The notes under the pieces were generated by a model. That model saw only the letters and a program-made list of their open reading frames with translations, did not search any database and was not told where the DNA came from. Positions 25,153 to 38,891 of a DNA stretch of 64,000 bases are shown in pieces. The translations under genes and the position numbers were made by a program. This stretch comes from Tubiluchus corallicola (taxonomy: Eukaryota > Animalia > Priapulida): NCBI GenBank assembly GCA_030141605.1, contig JAQGDQ010000626.1, positions 60,343 to 124,342 on the forward strand, read 5' to 3'. The first letter of the stretch is position 1. Each line of letters opens with the position of its first letter.

Positions 25153-25606
25153 ATTGTTATTAATAAAATTAACATTGCGCTGAGTTATTGCATCGTTTCT
25201 CAACTTTTGCGCCACATTCACTAAAATTTTAAATCTCGCAGATTCGAGTAAACCTGTTTAGTGTGTAATTCTCATCGCAAAATGGAGACATTTCGTTTAC
25301 GTGACATTTGTGTACATTTGTCTATTCTTGAACGCCATTAATAATGCATGAATGGCGCGGGCACGGGGGATGGTCGTTATATCAATATTAGGAGACATGC
25401 TGGCATGATGCAGCAGCTGTCTTTAATTGCATTAATCACTAAATTTATAATGATTCTGAATGTCCATTCACTAGAATTCACGTTGCAAGAAAACAATGGA
25501 CTCTGTTCACTAACGAATCAACATTAATTCAATATTGAATGATTTCTAAAGGTTTATTCAACAAATATACTGTAGATGTCGAAATTTTCATTGTACCATT
25601 TTTAAA

Positions 25607-26328
25607 TCGTATATATTAGTTCTACTGGTGTATATATATATATATATATATATATAAGATTCGAGGCTACAGCCACGATCGGTCTCGATCTAGTGTCGTG
25701 CCATTGGGGGTTTATTTTTCGAATCGGGCCCACCGGGACGAACGGTGGGGGGAGGGGGGTGCGAAAAACCTCCATTTTTTGGCCGTTTTTTTTTTTGCAA
25801 AAGTTATACGAATGAGATCTGGAAGGGGCCATGGGTGGTGCTGCCTATGGATAGATAGCCCGTTCAGCGGTGGGTGTCATAGGCGTATTTAGAATTTGCG
25901 AGAGGGCCACGGCGTCCCGTAACGGGCGTTTTCCCGGAACCAACTCGCGATTTTTTCGAAATTTTGACCAAACAGCATGCGGAAAAAACGTTCTAGCGGC
26001 GCCTGGTGGGACTCTCGGAAGGAGGTATATAGCTCCTTAGAAAGAGAAAGAACAGGGCTACACGACGATGTGGACTATATTTTAGGACACGTCCACCAAA
26101 AGGAGTGCCGACGAGTTAATTAGATGTTCTCTTTTTAGCAATTTTCGCTTGGAAAACTGCTGACGCAAAGCCATTGTTCTGACGTCATCCATTATACTCT
26201 GCCTATAGCTTTAATTCAGTAAAAGTTGCTACTGGCTTAGCATTATAAACGAGGACTATGTATGATGTTCGCGTATTTTTGATTATACGTGTATTTATAC
26301 GCAAAATTTTTTGTAGGGCCTTTGCTAG
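25607..26328 (+). mobile_element. Non-autonomous Helitron with both ends (722 bp)
   Basis: 5' A|TC, subterminal hairpin GCAAAATTTTTTG, 3' CTAG|T, no TSD. Confidence 0.88.
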
Positions 26329-27237
26329 TGTATTAATATTTCTAGACTTACACTATCAGCAATTAACTATACCTTACTACTACAGTATATTAAACTAACA
26401 GTAACGTATTAAAATAACACTATCACTATATTTACTAACACGTTATTTCCTTGCATTAATAAAATCTTCTACCTACCTTTTTATTAAATTAACTACATTG
26501 GCATTTGCGTGTTGCATTTATTAATCAATGCAGGAGTAGCAGCTGCAGGAGCTGATCGTCAACATTAAGATCTGAGAAGTTTACCTTTTTATTGGCGTGA
26601 AAATATTGAAGATCAGCAAATATCTTACCGTGCAACTTTTTCAAAGTTATATTTTATATATTAAGTGCATATAATATTGTCAGTATATTTTTATATTTTC
26701 GTAATAATCTTTGTCTTTAGTGTACGTCGTGTTTCTTTTACGTTGTTTTTAACGTAATTACGGATCGTTATAACTTTTGTTTTATCCGTTTATTTAGAAT
26801 ACCCTCCAGTTGTAACAGAAAGCGAAATCGTTATTTTCTGCTGCAAGTTTGCATCCTCTGACTAATCAATTTTGCATATACAGTAAACTCGGATGTCTTA
26901 ATAATAACTTTTCTTTCGCGGAAATTTAATCCTCAATTGTACAAACAGAAATTACGAACCTGCGTTGAGCTGTGTACACATGTGACTGAAATACCACAAA
27001 TTTGGAATTTGCCAGCATTGCGTACTAGCTTCGCTAATTTATGTTCTTGTTATGGTAAAATATTCGAGCTAATAAATTTCAAAGCTTGCCAGTTCTCTAT
27101 GCAGTTAGCCAGCGAAAACTGTAGAGTGAGGAGAGATCAAAGCTTTGTTTACAGCACTACCAGAAGGCAGGTGTAGAAAGGGGAGTGAAATACGACCCCT
27201 GACACAGCAGTACCTAAATGTAGATACATACTTACAT

Positions 27238-27486
27238 TATTACACTGCATTACATCGGTACAGTATTACACTGCATTACATCGGTACAGTATTACACTGC
27301 ATTACATCGGTACAGTATTACACTGCACTACATCGGTACAGTATTACACTGCATTACATCGGTACAGTATTACACTGCATTACATCGGTACAGTATTACA
27401 CTGCATTACATCGGTACAGTATTACACTGCATGACATCGGTACAGTATTACACTGCATTACATCGATACAGTAGTACACTGCATTA
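27238..27486. repeat. 26-bp minisatellite ATTACACTGCATTACATCGGTACAGT, about 9.5 copies
   Basis: Direct reading. Confidence 0.95.
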
Positions 27487-27940
27487 ACATTTTGTATGTT
27501 GCACTTCCAAAGTTCTCTCTTCACTGAGAATTAGATCCTTTTAAAAAATCAAGGCCTATTCCATGCATCTTCGATTAGTGAAAATTGGGATAAATAATGA
27601 GCGTACCAAATAATGATCCTAAGGCTTGCCATTCCTGTTATTTAAGAGATTTTTACTTGAGCCACTAATCATTGTAGATGATGTTACTAATCCTTGTTGC
27701 ACATACATGTAATTCACTCTCAGGGGAGAGGGGAATAGACCCACCCCCGCAGGCAAGATGAAAAGTCACGTGACTGATTAATTAGCTGTAGAACGGCACT
27801 CTAATAGAACAAATTTAATATGATCTTTAAACTAGAATATTTTCCATGTACTACTTTTCCATTTGTGGCAGTGACTTGAAAGGTACGCGAATCATTAAAA
27901 TTCAGTCTAGTTAATTCTGTGCGCACGAGTAAATAGTTAA

Positions 27941-28445
27941 AGGAAGACAGGATGATTTTTCGTATACTATCTCATTTTCATGTACGATAAAAAGAATACA
28001 TTTTAACACGATTAACACTGCAAAAGTGTTTCTGATAGTTAAATAATAAATTAAAATCTTAATTGACGGCGGGCGAGCTCATCTATTGATGACCTCACAA
28101 ACTAACATAATTTTCTACAGCAAAACATTCTACGAGGGTGTTGCACGTGTTTGCAGAAGCGAAAATTGAAGTACTGTGCTACTATAAGATATTCAGTGTG
28201 TTGTACTAAAACTAGGCAAGATTTAAGATAAAAATTCAAATTTCAAATTTACCGCTGTGCTCACGCATGAGCTGTCGAACGTGTGAAATTCGTCACAAAC
28301 TAACACATCCGAACTGAGAGGTACAGCACTTGTTTTTTGTGCAACGCGTTTTCGAAATGCAGGCGCTAGTGCCCGTCTCACAATCGAACGGCAATATGCA
28401 TGTAACAGCGAAGAACTAGTGACGTGAACGCGATATTGCATTTGT
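27941..28445 (+). mobile_element. Kolobok-like DNA element end; inverted copy at about 47965-48462
   Basis: TTAA|AGGAAGACAGGATGATTTTTC versus GAAAAATCATCCAGTCTTCCC|TTAA, with about 500 bp of shared sequence. Confidence 0.65.
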
Positions 28446-29122
28446 GTGGCAATAATTGTTTCACGTAACTCATTTTTGAAGAAATAGCACGTTTCCTTTC
28501 ATTATTTTAAAGACTAGATTGTTTTGACCTGCAGTTTAAGATTGGGTTCGGTTTGCTGATTATGCAGCCTGATTGTGCTTCACCATGTTCACTTACCTGT
28601 GCTATAATGTGCTTGTTTTATATGACAAACTTTACACAACTACATATACTGTGAACACCATGAAGGGGTTTTGGTGAAGTTTGAACCTTATAAAACTATT
28701 TATTACGACAGCAGAATCATTAAACACGATATTACTGCCGTAGCTGATATATTAGCCGCTAATGACGCTGTAAAGGAATGTATAGATAGACTATGTATAG
28801 AAGTATGTATAGACTAACCAATTAATCGAGATATTTGGCTATTATTCGCGGAAAATGAATAAACTCTTGAAACTCTTTAAAAAAAAAGAAAAGAAAAGCA
28901 AGTCATAATTTCTAAATTGTTACTAATATGAACGTAAGGCTCTCTATATCAGACCCTCAAATGCCATGTTTCTTTAAGCTTGTATTCGTATATAATCCAT
29001 CGCTTTTTTTCAGCCAATTTTTGTAAGCGCGTATGTCTCTTCCTAGTGCAGAATTTTCATGCACATAAGTGCCTAAATGTAGAGAAAGTGAAGGCAGCAT
29101 GTGTTCCTGGTTGAGTTGTTAA

Positions 29123-29313
29123 CCCTCCAGGGTGCAAACTGGGTACTATTCGCACCCCGGTGAAAACACCACTAATGTTGCTAACATGAGATACGCCCAC
29201 TGGTTTGCTCTCTAACCTCATTTTCTGCAATTCCCTTTCTTCGGCGATAGTAAAATCGATAATAAATTGATTACTAAAATCTTGTCTGCGAAGTTTGATG
29301 ATACGCTGGAGGG
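29123..29313. mobile_element. Small piggyBac-type MITE (191 bp)
   Basis: TTAA|CCCTCCAGGGT ... ACGCTGGAGGG|TTAA. Confidence 0.8.
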
Positions 29314-30625
29314 TTAAATAGACAAACAGCTGCCCAGGGCTGTGAGTGAAACCTGTAGTTCTTGTATTTTGAGTTATGTGTGTTTGTGTGGACACGTAAT
29401 TATCTAGACATGAATATTGATCATTGATTAATGTAATATACTTACACATTAAATATTATGTGCTACACGTAATGTAATAGAAATTACGAAAGATTAGCTG
29501 TTCTTACTGGACTAGGAGCATACTATTATATGTTTATGCTATACCTACATACAGCATAAAAGATGACTTCGCCCACGCTTGTGTTTGTATTACGCAAAAA
29601 CACATTGTATTAGCTTACAGTAGGGGACTGATCACGCAATAATAATTCTACGTTTATACGTTTATGGGCGTTCAGAACCAGAGCGAGATTAATCAGACTT
29701 GCTCTCGCCCCCCCCCCCGAATTTTGTTCCGATACTTTAAATAATATCTTTGCAATGCCAAGGTTTTCCAAAGTAATGCCGCTAGCCTTGTGGTAGAATC
29801 ACTAGAATGCTTCTATCGTGGAAATGTTTTTACTATTTCGATGCAAGAGGTATTGTAAAATGCAATAAAATTTATAAAAAAGATGAAATGTAATAAAAGG
29901 CGCTTTTATTACCATTTCAAAAACAAAATTACGCTTCGTTAGATAGAAATTATCAGTTAATAATTAATCTATCGTTGAGTAGACTTGCACCACAGACATA
30001 GCATTAGATTGTATTGTCCTAATTATTTTTCTTCTGTTACAAGACGCTTACGGTACTATTCAGTGAGTTGTCGTGTGACATAAATGAACATAACAGATTT
30101 CTTCTAGTCTCCTGCGACGTTCATTGGATTAGCTAAATAATCTTCTCATTTTCTGCCATTGCTGCAACAACAAACTGGATTCTTCCGGCATAATTACTCA
30201 GCATGAGAATAATAAAAGACGACTTGTCTTCTTACCTTACTGAATGATTTTAGTTAGTAAACTACTTGGACCCATCAGGTTTAAATTACTTTTTCTTGTC
30301 AGTATTCAGTGGTCTGATACGTCAATCGTTTTTTAATTCATTGACACACCGTCAACTTTACTTGTCCCAGGTACAGTTCACTTACTATAGTCGTGACTTA
30401 TGTCATGGGGTTTTTTTGGTTATTTTCCCCACTAATGGGAAGTTTAATCTCTGTTGCAAAAAATTACAGGAAATTCGTTGATGATTTGAGACTTTAGTAA
30501 GAGTTCGCTTAACTGCAGTGGGAGGCGTGCCTTGAATGGCCAAGACGCTGGTTATCGTGAGGTTTCGTGAAGGCTTGTTACTGTTTTTACCTAAGATTTT
30601 GCAATCTTCTTGGAACTCATGCAGT

Positions 30626-30654
30626 TCTTTCTTTCTTTCTTTCTTTCTTTCTTG

Positions 30655-30689
<35 letters not shown>

Positions 30690-30839
30690 TTTCTTGTCTT
30701 TCGTTCTCTCTCTCTCTCTTTCTCTCTCTCCCTCTCTCTCTCTCCGTCTCTCTCTCTCTGCCTGTCTCTCTCCTCCCTCCCTCCCCCCTCTCTCTCTCTT
30801 TCTCTATCTCTCTCTCTCTCCCTCCCTCTCTCTCCCTCT
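30626..30839. repeat. (CTTT)n/(CT)n polypyrimidine tract
   Basis: Direct reading. Confidence 0.95.
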
Positions 30840-31620
30840 GGTAGCCATGGTGGTGAGGGGCAGTGGGCGTCGTTCTCCTGGACTGAAAAACTACGCGTTT
30901 ACAGTTCAATATTTTATACACGAGTTCCTTCACCAGCTGTGACTATTGTCTACAAACTCTATACAGTGGTAATTTATGTTTTGTTTTGTCAGGTGTTTTT
31001 GTGTCTGATCAATACTCATTAACATGGCACTTGATTTATTGCACTACTGAAATTTAATACAGATCCCATGACGTAACGAGCTTTCTTGCTGGCGCCGGAG
31101 TTTCGTCACGAATCCAGTACACTCGGTGCTGGAATATTTTCTTGTATCCCCGGGATAGGTAGCTCCCTGGGTGAGTGCATTCTGGCAGTGATGCGCTAAA
31201 ACTAATAGCACAGCAGACCAGAAGTACGTGTAGAAAGGTTTAATAAAGAAAGCTGTGGTGGCAGTTTGTATTTTAAAAAGATTTGTTTGCTTTTTGTAGA
31301 TTGAACTAATTACTGAGATGTTCGATTGGGAAAGAATGTTAACATTGAAGAGTAAAAATTTGTGCTGAATAGGAACAATATGGGCTATTAATAGTATTGA
31401 AAACTAAATCTAGTGTAAGACCTGAACATTACATCAATTTACGTGGAAAATGCTTCCCGGTAACTCCACACCCAATGCCTGTAAATTCAACACCCATCTT
31501 ACCCAGAACATTATCCACAACTTCAGTACCCAAAATCTCAAAGAGGTGTCATCAAAATTGATGCGCCTTCTTTCTTGTAGTGTTTCTTTCGAGCTGTCCA
31601 CGTGGTTCTTAGGTTCACGC

Positions 31621-32120
31621 CAGGGATGAGAATGAGGAATTCCGAGTTTTTGGAAGACCAGTAGTGCCATTTTTGTAAATCGTGTAAATTCGTTGAGAAA
31701 ACTTTTACATACCCAGTACATTATTTCACAAACTGACCGCTAGTTGGCAGGCCGTCAGTTTGTTTACATCACGTACATCAGTGTAACCACGTGTAGATCT
31801 CTATGTATAAAAATATAGAATCAATTGTGCGGAGTTATTTGAGTCAATTGCAGACAGTTTTTATATACTTTTGCATAGGAGCAGCCAGTACTTTGACGTT
31901 TTTGAGACAATTAGGTATCATGTATCCGTGATAGTTGGGTATTTTAAATTATGCATGAAACAAGGTAATTGATATTTTAAGTCCACTTAGAGGCTCTCTA
32001 TGGTCACAAAATTGCAATTTGTTGCTGGCTCCCGTTGAACTCCATTGGAGGGCCTATGCGGCCCCAAAACCCCCGGCCTGTTTCAGAGTTTTTTTTTACA
32101 ATTTGTCATTCTCATCCCTG
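31621..32120 (+). mobile_element. hAT MITE (500 bp)
   Basis: TIR CAGGGATGAGAAT/ATTCTCATCCCTG, perfect 8-bp TSD GTTCACGC; second copy at 55991-56474. Confidence 0.92.
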
Positions 32121-32534
32121 GTTCACGCACACTGGCTGTTTGAAATTGAAAGTAAATCGATTGTTGTACATTCTTCATTTTTCCAAGTCTCTGGCTTCAA
32201 CACTGCAAGGGATTCGAATCAAGATGTGTATCACTAATTCCTAAAGCACATTTTCATTCACTGCCTGTATTCGGGGAGATGTTTCCTCATATTCACTTTA
32301 ACCGCGAGCGTTATTTTACAAATCACCACTTCTGACTCTGAACGCGCGTACGTTGGATTCTCTTTTGTCTATTGTTCATTCGTTGCGCACGTGTATATGA
32401 GAAACATTATAGGGGTGTAACTAGCTTGATAAGTACATCCATGTTTTACTTGGTCTCCTGTTGCACGGTGGCTGTGACCCGAGGCCTAAAAGCGTGTTAT
32501 TTGTATGATGACCATTACCGTGTTCGCAAAGTGT

Positions 32535-33177
32535 TGCTTAAAGCACAAGAAAACCCTTCATAAACATGAAGCTTAAAAAATTCGTTTTGAAATTTTATAT
32601 CACTTACATAAAACATGTAAATTTAAACTCCCGCGATGACCGTTAGACGCAGCCATTTTCACGACAAGTCATTTGAAACAAGTTTAGATTACATTTTGTA
32701 AAGTTTGAAAAATAATCAGAGTATTCGTAGCGCACAAGTCACTAACTAAATAAAATTTAAAATTACTGTATCTTGTCAATAAGATTAAAAATACGTTTTT
32801 TGGTTACTGAGTGGTGCACCCTGGAGGGTTGAGTCAGCGACATTTTACCAACTGGTGAAAATATTTTAAATAATTAATAATTTTCTTTTCTAGTTACATA
32901 AGTCTTTCTAGTAGGTAAGCGAAAATCTAAGTAATATAGATTTGCACGGAAAGTCTTTTGAGACATAATTTAACATTGCCTTTTCTTCCCCTGATTTACG
33001 TTTAGTACATGACGTCATGTAATGGCGACTTCGGAACAGTATTGGGGGAGATTTAAAATGAACAAACTAAAATTTCTTTCAGCGTGAGTAAGATATACGC
33101 ATAAAATTGCTATAAAGTATTATAATTTTTAAGGCGATTTTTCTGAAACCTATTTCAGGTGCCCCTTTTCTTGTCCT
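32535..33177 (+). mobile_element. Kolobok-like DNA element fragment; relatives at about 165-235, 56845-57105 and 57150-57553
   Basis: Ends CCCCTTTTCTTGTCCT|TTAA; shared block aaagcacaag...tttgaaacaagtttag. Confidence 0.6.
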
Positions 33178-33195
33178 TTAAATGAGTAGAGTATT

Positions 33196-34627
33196 GTGTG
33201 TAGTAAGTTTGGTAGAAGTAAATTTGGTCCTGGTCACTTTCGTACGAAGAAATTCTTGTACCGGGAAAATTTCCTGCTAGGAACATTTGGTGCATGGAAA
33301 TTTTGGCACTGGGAAAATTGGGTGCTGGTAAATACAGTAGGTAACGGTAGCTACAATACTGACGAAGTTTTGTCAAGTATTTTTGGTGCAAGTAATCTAG
33401 TACAAGGTAAAAATAGTACGAAAAAAGTAAATACAGTAGGTACTGGTAACTATAATACTGGCGAAGTTTTATCAAGTATTTTTGGTACAAGTAATCTAGT
33501 ACAAGGTAAAAATAGTACGAAAAAAGTAAATACAGTAGGTACTGGTAGCTGCAATACTGACGAAGTTTTGTCAAGTATTTTTGGTACAAGTAATCTAGTA
33601 CAAGGTAAAAATAGTACGAAAAAAGCTTTTAACACTAGAAAAGTTTGCTACCGAGAAAATTTGGCACCATAAAAATAGCTTTTTTATAATCTACTCAACA
33701 AAGTTATGGATGTTTATATTGTTACATTTTCTTTTTATTTTGTTTTTTTTTGTTCATTCATTTGTTTGTGTTTTTTATTATTTTGTTATTGTTGTTTCTC
33801 TGTTTTTTACTCTCTTTTGTTGTTATCATCATCATAATTGCTGTGGCCATTGTTACTTACGTTGTTTTGTTGCTGTTGTTGTTGCTGACATCGTTGCTGT
33901 GCCTGCTGCTGCTGTAGTTTATTCGTCTCTTGCTTGCTGTTTTTGTTATTATCTTCATCAGCATCATTATTATAATCATCATCATCATCATTGCTGTGGT
34001 CATTGTTAGCTTTCTTTTTTGTTACTGATGCTGTTGCGGTTACCATTGTTGTCCTTCTTTGCTGTTGTTGTTGTTGTCAACATTTTGTCGTCGACGATGC
34101 TGCTGCTGTTGTTGTTGTTATCATTATTATTGTCGTCATCATCAGCATCGTCGTCATTGCTGTTGTCGTTGTTACATTTATTCTTTCCTTGCTGTTATTG
34201 TTGCACTTATTTTGTAAAAGAGGTACAGAGGTGCTCTCTTTTCTGTTTAGTACCATTATTTCCTATACCAAACTTTCCTAGTTCAAGATTTTCCTGATAC
34301 TTAGTACCAAAACGTTCCCTATATAATACGTTCTCCTACTACCAAAAATTCCTTGTACCTAAAGATCGTAGTACGAAATTTACCTGTACTGAAATTTCCA
34401 TGCACTGAAAATTCTTTGTACCTAAAGATCGTAGCACAAAATTTAGCTGCACCGAAATTTCCATGTACTGAAAATTCTTTGTACCTAAAGATCGTAGTAG
34501 GAACTTTACCTGTACAGAAATTTCCATGTACTGAAAATTCCTTGTACCACATTTCCTTAGTACCAAGCTTTCCTTGTACGAAATTTAGCGGTACCTAACT
34601 TACTTGCACCAAACTTTCCTACCTTCA
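33196..34627. mobile_element. Mutator/Foldback-like element with modular arms (3x99-bp and 3x63-bp repeats) and a trinucleotide-rich core
   Basis: Imperfect TIR gtagtaagtttggtagaagtaa / ttacttgcaccaaactttcctac; 9-bp direct repeat TAGAGTATT at 33187 and 34628. Confidence 0.7.
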
Positions 34628-34680
34628 TAGAGTATTTAGCAAAGGACAATTCTATTGCTATTCAAATAATCACTTGTTTC

Positions 34681-34866
<186 letters not shown>

Positions 34867-35323
34867 ACTATGATAACATTTACCTCTTATGTTCTTACTA
34901 ATACCCTGTCTTTCATTTACGCGCCTACTTGACATACATTAATTTGTGTTTCTTCTGAAGAACCATTTTACATTGATTAAACCATCGTAAAACTCCTTTC
35001 TACACTGTATGTAGTACAATTTGGAGGTGGCAAATTCACAAATTGCCCATGTTAAACGCCTAGCATAAATGTTGAAAATGTTTTTCTTCATACGCATTCT
35101 ATGACGTAATGCCAGACTCCCGTGGCCGTAAATGATGAAAACAAATTACTTCGATATCTAAAACAAAAACAAATTGATATCTGTGTTCATTGATAAAAAT
35201 TTGTTTTCTTAAAAATTTTAACAACAAAAAGCTTTTTTCATTAATCAGAAACCTACAGTGTAGTCTGTCTTATACACATACTGAATTTTAGAATAAATGG
35301 TTAAGCAAACGAGTCAGTGAATT

Positions 35324-36705
35324 AAAACATTGAATTAATAAATGAGCGAATGAGTAAATCAGTGAATAAATGGATGGACGACTGACTGACCGGCTGACTG
35401 ACTGGCCGACCGACCGACTGACTGACTGACCAACTGACTGAGCGACCGACGGACGAAGGGAGGAAGGAATAAGTGAATGAATGTGTTAATAATGAGCCTG
35501 TGAATTAATTAATGAATAAAAACATTGAATCAATAAATGAGTGAATGAGTAGATCAGTGAATAAACGGATGGACGACTGACTGACTGACTGACTGAGCGA
35601 CCGACCGACCGACGGACGAAGGGAGGAAGGAATAAGTGAATGAATGTGTTAATAATGAGCCTGTGAATTAATTAATGAATAAAAACATTGAATCAATAAA
35701 TGAGTGAATGAGTAGATCAGTGAATAAACGGATGGACGACTGACTGACTGACTGACTGACCGACCGACCAACCGACGGACGGATGAAGGGAGGAAAGAAT
35801 AAATGAATGAATGAGTTAATAATGAGCCTGTGAATTAATTAATGAATAAAAACATTGAATCAATAAATGAGTGAATGAGTAGATCAGTGAATAAACGGAT
35901 GGACGACTGACTGACTGACTGACTGACCGACCGACGGACGAAGGGAGGAAGGAATAAGTGAATGAATGTGTAAATAATGAGCCTGTGAATTAATTAATGA
36001 ATAAAAACATTGAATCAACAAATGAGTGAATGAGTAGATCAGTGAATAAACGGATGGACGACTGACTGACTGACTGACCGACCGACCAACCGACGGACGG
36101 ATGAAGGGAGGAAAGAATAAATGAATGAATGAGTTAATAATGAGCCTGTGAATTAATTAATGAATAAAAACATTGAATCAATAAATGAGTGAATGAGTAG
36201 ATCAGTGAATAAACGGATGGACGACTGACTGACTGACCGACCGACGGACGAAGGGAGGAAGGAATAAGTGAATGAATGTGTTAATAATGAGCCTGTGAAT
36301 TAATTAATGAATAAAAACATTGAATCAATAAATGAGTGAATGAGTAGATCAGTAAATAAACGGATGGACGACTGACTGACTGACCGACCGACCGAGCAAC
36401 CGACGGACGGATGAAGGGAGGAAAGAATAAATGAATGAATGAGTTAATAATGAGCCTGTGAATTAATTAATGAATAAAAACATTGAGTGAATGAGTAGAT
36501 CAGTGAATAAACGGATGGACGACTGACTGACTGACTGACTGACTGACTGACTGACTGACTGACTGACTGACTGACTGACTGACTGACTGACTGACTGACT
36601 GACTGACCGACCGACCGACCGACCGACCGACCGACCGACCGACCGACCGACCGACCGACCGACCGACGGACGGACGGACGAAGGAAGGATGGAATAAATG
36701 AATGA
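35324..36705. repeat. Compound minisatellite (about 8 units, mostly 150-165 bp) with embedded (GACT)n(GACC)n
   Basis: Recurring aaaacattgaatcaataaatgagtgaatgagtagatcagtgaataaacggatggac. Confidence 0.92.
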
Positions 36706-37240
36706 CACGTAATATCACTTTCACCACAAGCAATAACAGTTCTGCATAAATTTTACTCATGAACTGTTGAGTGTTGAGTTTATACAAAAATGTCATTTTT
36801 AGCACCTCTGTTATTACGGGTAGGATCGTGAATACCTGCACGCGTGTATTCACACACCAAAAGCATGTTGTCATGGAAATACAGCAAGCATGATTAACGT
36901 CTTGTATCTAGACTAAAATGCTGCGGCGGATGTTGTTATTTTGAGAAAATTAGCTATTTCAGTTTCTGAAGAAAAACGTTGATCGGTTAAATAAGTTCTG
37001 TCTTCTCCGTGTCTTCATAAAGTTGTTTATAAAGCATCTCACATTGATAAAATCGTAGCCATTGATAAAATAATTAGAATTTGATTCATATTTTGTTTGC
37101 CAAATGCTGCTTGAACGTCCGTGCATTCAATTTTTAAAAGCTACAGAAGCTTTCATCATTTTAATACACGTGGGGGGAGGGAGGGGAGGTGAAAACAAAA
37201 TGTTGAAAAAAGGAACGCATGCTTCAAAGTCAAGCAGTCC

Positions 37241-37845
37241 TTTAAGATTTTAAGATTTAATATTTTATTTCAAACTTCACAAAGTTCATATACACATCAC
37301 AAATTAATACAAATAATACAATAAATCATAACACACAACAATAACACAAATAACAATTAACGATATAATAAACTACGCTAATGACGTCTAATTACAGAAG
37401 TAAAGTTTGCATCACTGTTTAAAATGTTCTTGCATATGAAATTTTAAACTCTTATTCAGCCTGACGTGTAAACTGTATGCACATTTTCTGTGAATCACAT
37501 TAAAATAAATAATATTTAGTCTAGTAGAAATATATCTAGCGCTCGTATCATATGACAAGTTAAACAGCTTCCGTGTTGATACATTATATGCAACCTTGAG
37601 TTTGCTAAGATTGTAAGAAAAAAATGTCTCCAAGTGGACACACAATAAAAAGTAGTGGAGTAAGCATTAAACAATTGTCTCTTCACGTTAACTGAACAGT
37701 GAGTAAATTTCATGAGTAATTTATTTGCTCTACCATAGTAAATTGAACATTGTCGTAATATATCTAAATCATCTCTATTGTCATCTGATAAAATATGACC
37801 CAGGTATTTTTCCTTTTTACTAGGTAAAAAACTTTTACACTGTAA
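37241..37845 (-). mobile_element. Non-LTR retrotransposon 3' fragment (post-RT region; Proto2/RTEX-like by recollection), frameshifted
   Basis: KYLGHILSDDNRDDLDILRQCSIYYGRANKLLMKFTHCSVNVKRQLFNAYSTTFYC / KLKVAYNVSTRKLFNL; AATAAA and a short-repeat tail. Confidence 0.75.
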
Positions 37846-38891
37846 AACAACAGACCCAAAAGTAAACTGCTGCATGTGGGCTGAGCGAAACGTGACAAGT
37901 CACACAGTCTGTAGACAGCTGTTGGTTCGGTGACTTGTCTTAGAGGCACTGATAATGACATAGGTACCAGTCCTGCCTACAAAGAGAATTTTAAAGTACG
38001 TCTCAAAAGCTTTCCATGCAAAGTTATATATCACTTACCTGTTTGAAAGGCGTATGTAACCGAAAAAGAAAATTCTTGTAAATTTAAAATGTTTGCGGTA
38101 AAACGTTACTGACTCATCAAAAAACATATCAATCTTTTTGACAAGATAAAGAAATTTGTATTTTTGCTTAGTTTGTGAAGTGTGCGCAACGAATTTTTTT
38201 CGAACTTTACAGAATGTCACTGCCAGGGAGCACCATTCGCGAGAGTTTATGCAGCGTTGCTGTTAATGCAACCTCTGTATGCAATAAGACAGCTCGTACG
38301 TGATACAACAGTTCAATGCGAAAAAGCCTTTCCACAGTTTTCGTTGTGCGCATGCGCTGATGCTAATAGGTCAAAGGTTAAGTGCACCACAGAAAAAGAG
38401 TCTTAGTTACAACCGTCACGTGACATGTGGATAAAGCAAAGCCAGCTGCCGCGTCAGTTCAGTAACGTCAATTGTTTTACGTTGGATTTTACTTAATTGT
38501 GCAGTTAGTCTGTACGTAGATTGATTTACTAGCAGGATCTTGTTTGGGAACAAGAAAAAATGAACTAGGTAAGATTCTAGCTAGCTGTTAAAATTGTTAC
38601 TGTTACAACACCTTGGGCTGCGAGGCGTTGTCAAGTGTACACTTAACCTTTGACCTTTTCACGATCATCATCAATCGCTGAAGCTGTGAATAGGCTTACT
38701 TTTTGAGTTTTATCTTTTAAGAATCCGCCTTTTGTTGACCTTTAACGTGGCTAAGACCATAATTATGTGTCAGTTGACTATCATGAATAATGAGCTAGGT
38801 TCCAATCCAGCTGCAACTAGCAACTTAATGTTTATTAGGCTGGCCTTTGAGTGCTCGATACCCTCTTACAAGTTCCGAACTGTATTAAATT

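Noticed and set aside
33196-33672. 158-aa repetitive ORF
   Set aside because: Derived from the 99-bp repeats of the foldback-like element.
37870-37945. Hairpin GACAAGTCAC/GTGACTTGTC with nearby CTGA..GAAAC, as a hammerhead or pre-miRNA
   Set aside because: The CUGANGA core and stem II are incomplete, and the stem is too short for a pre-miRNA.
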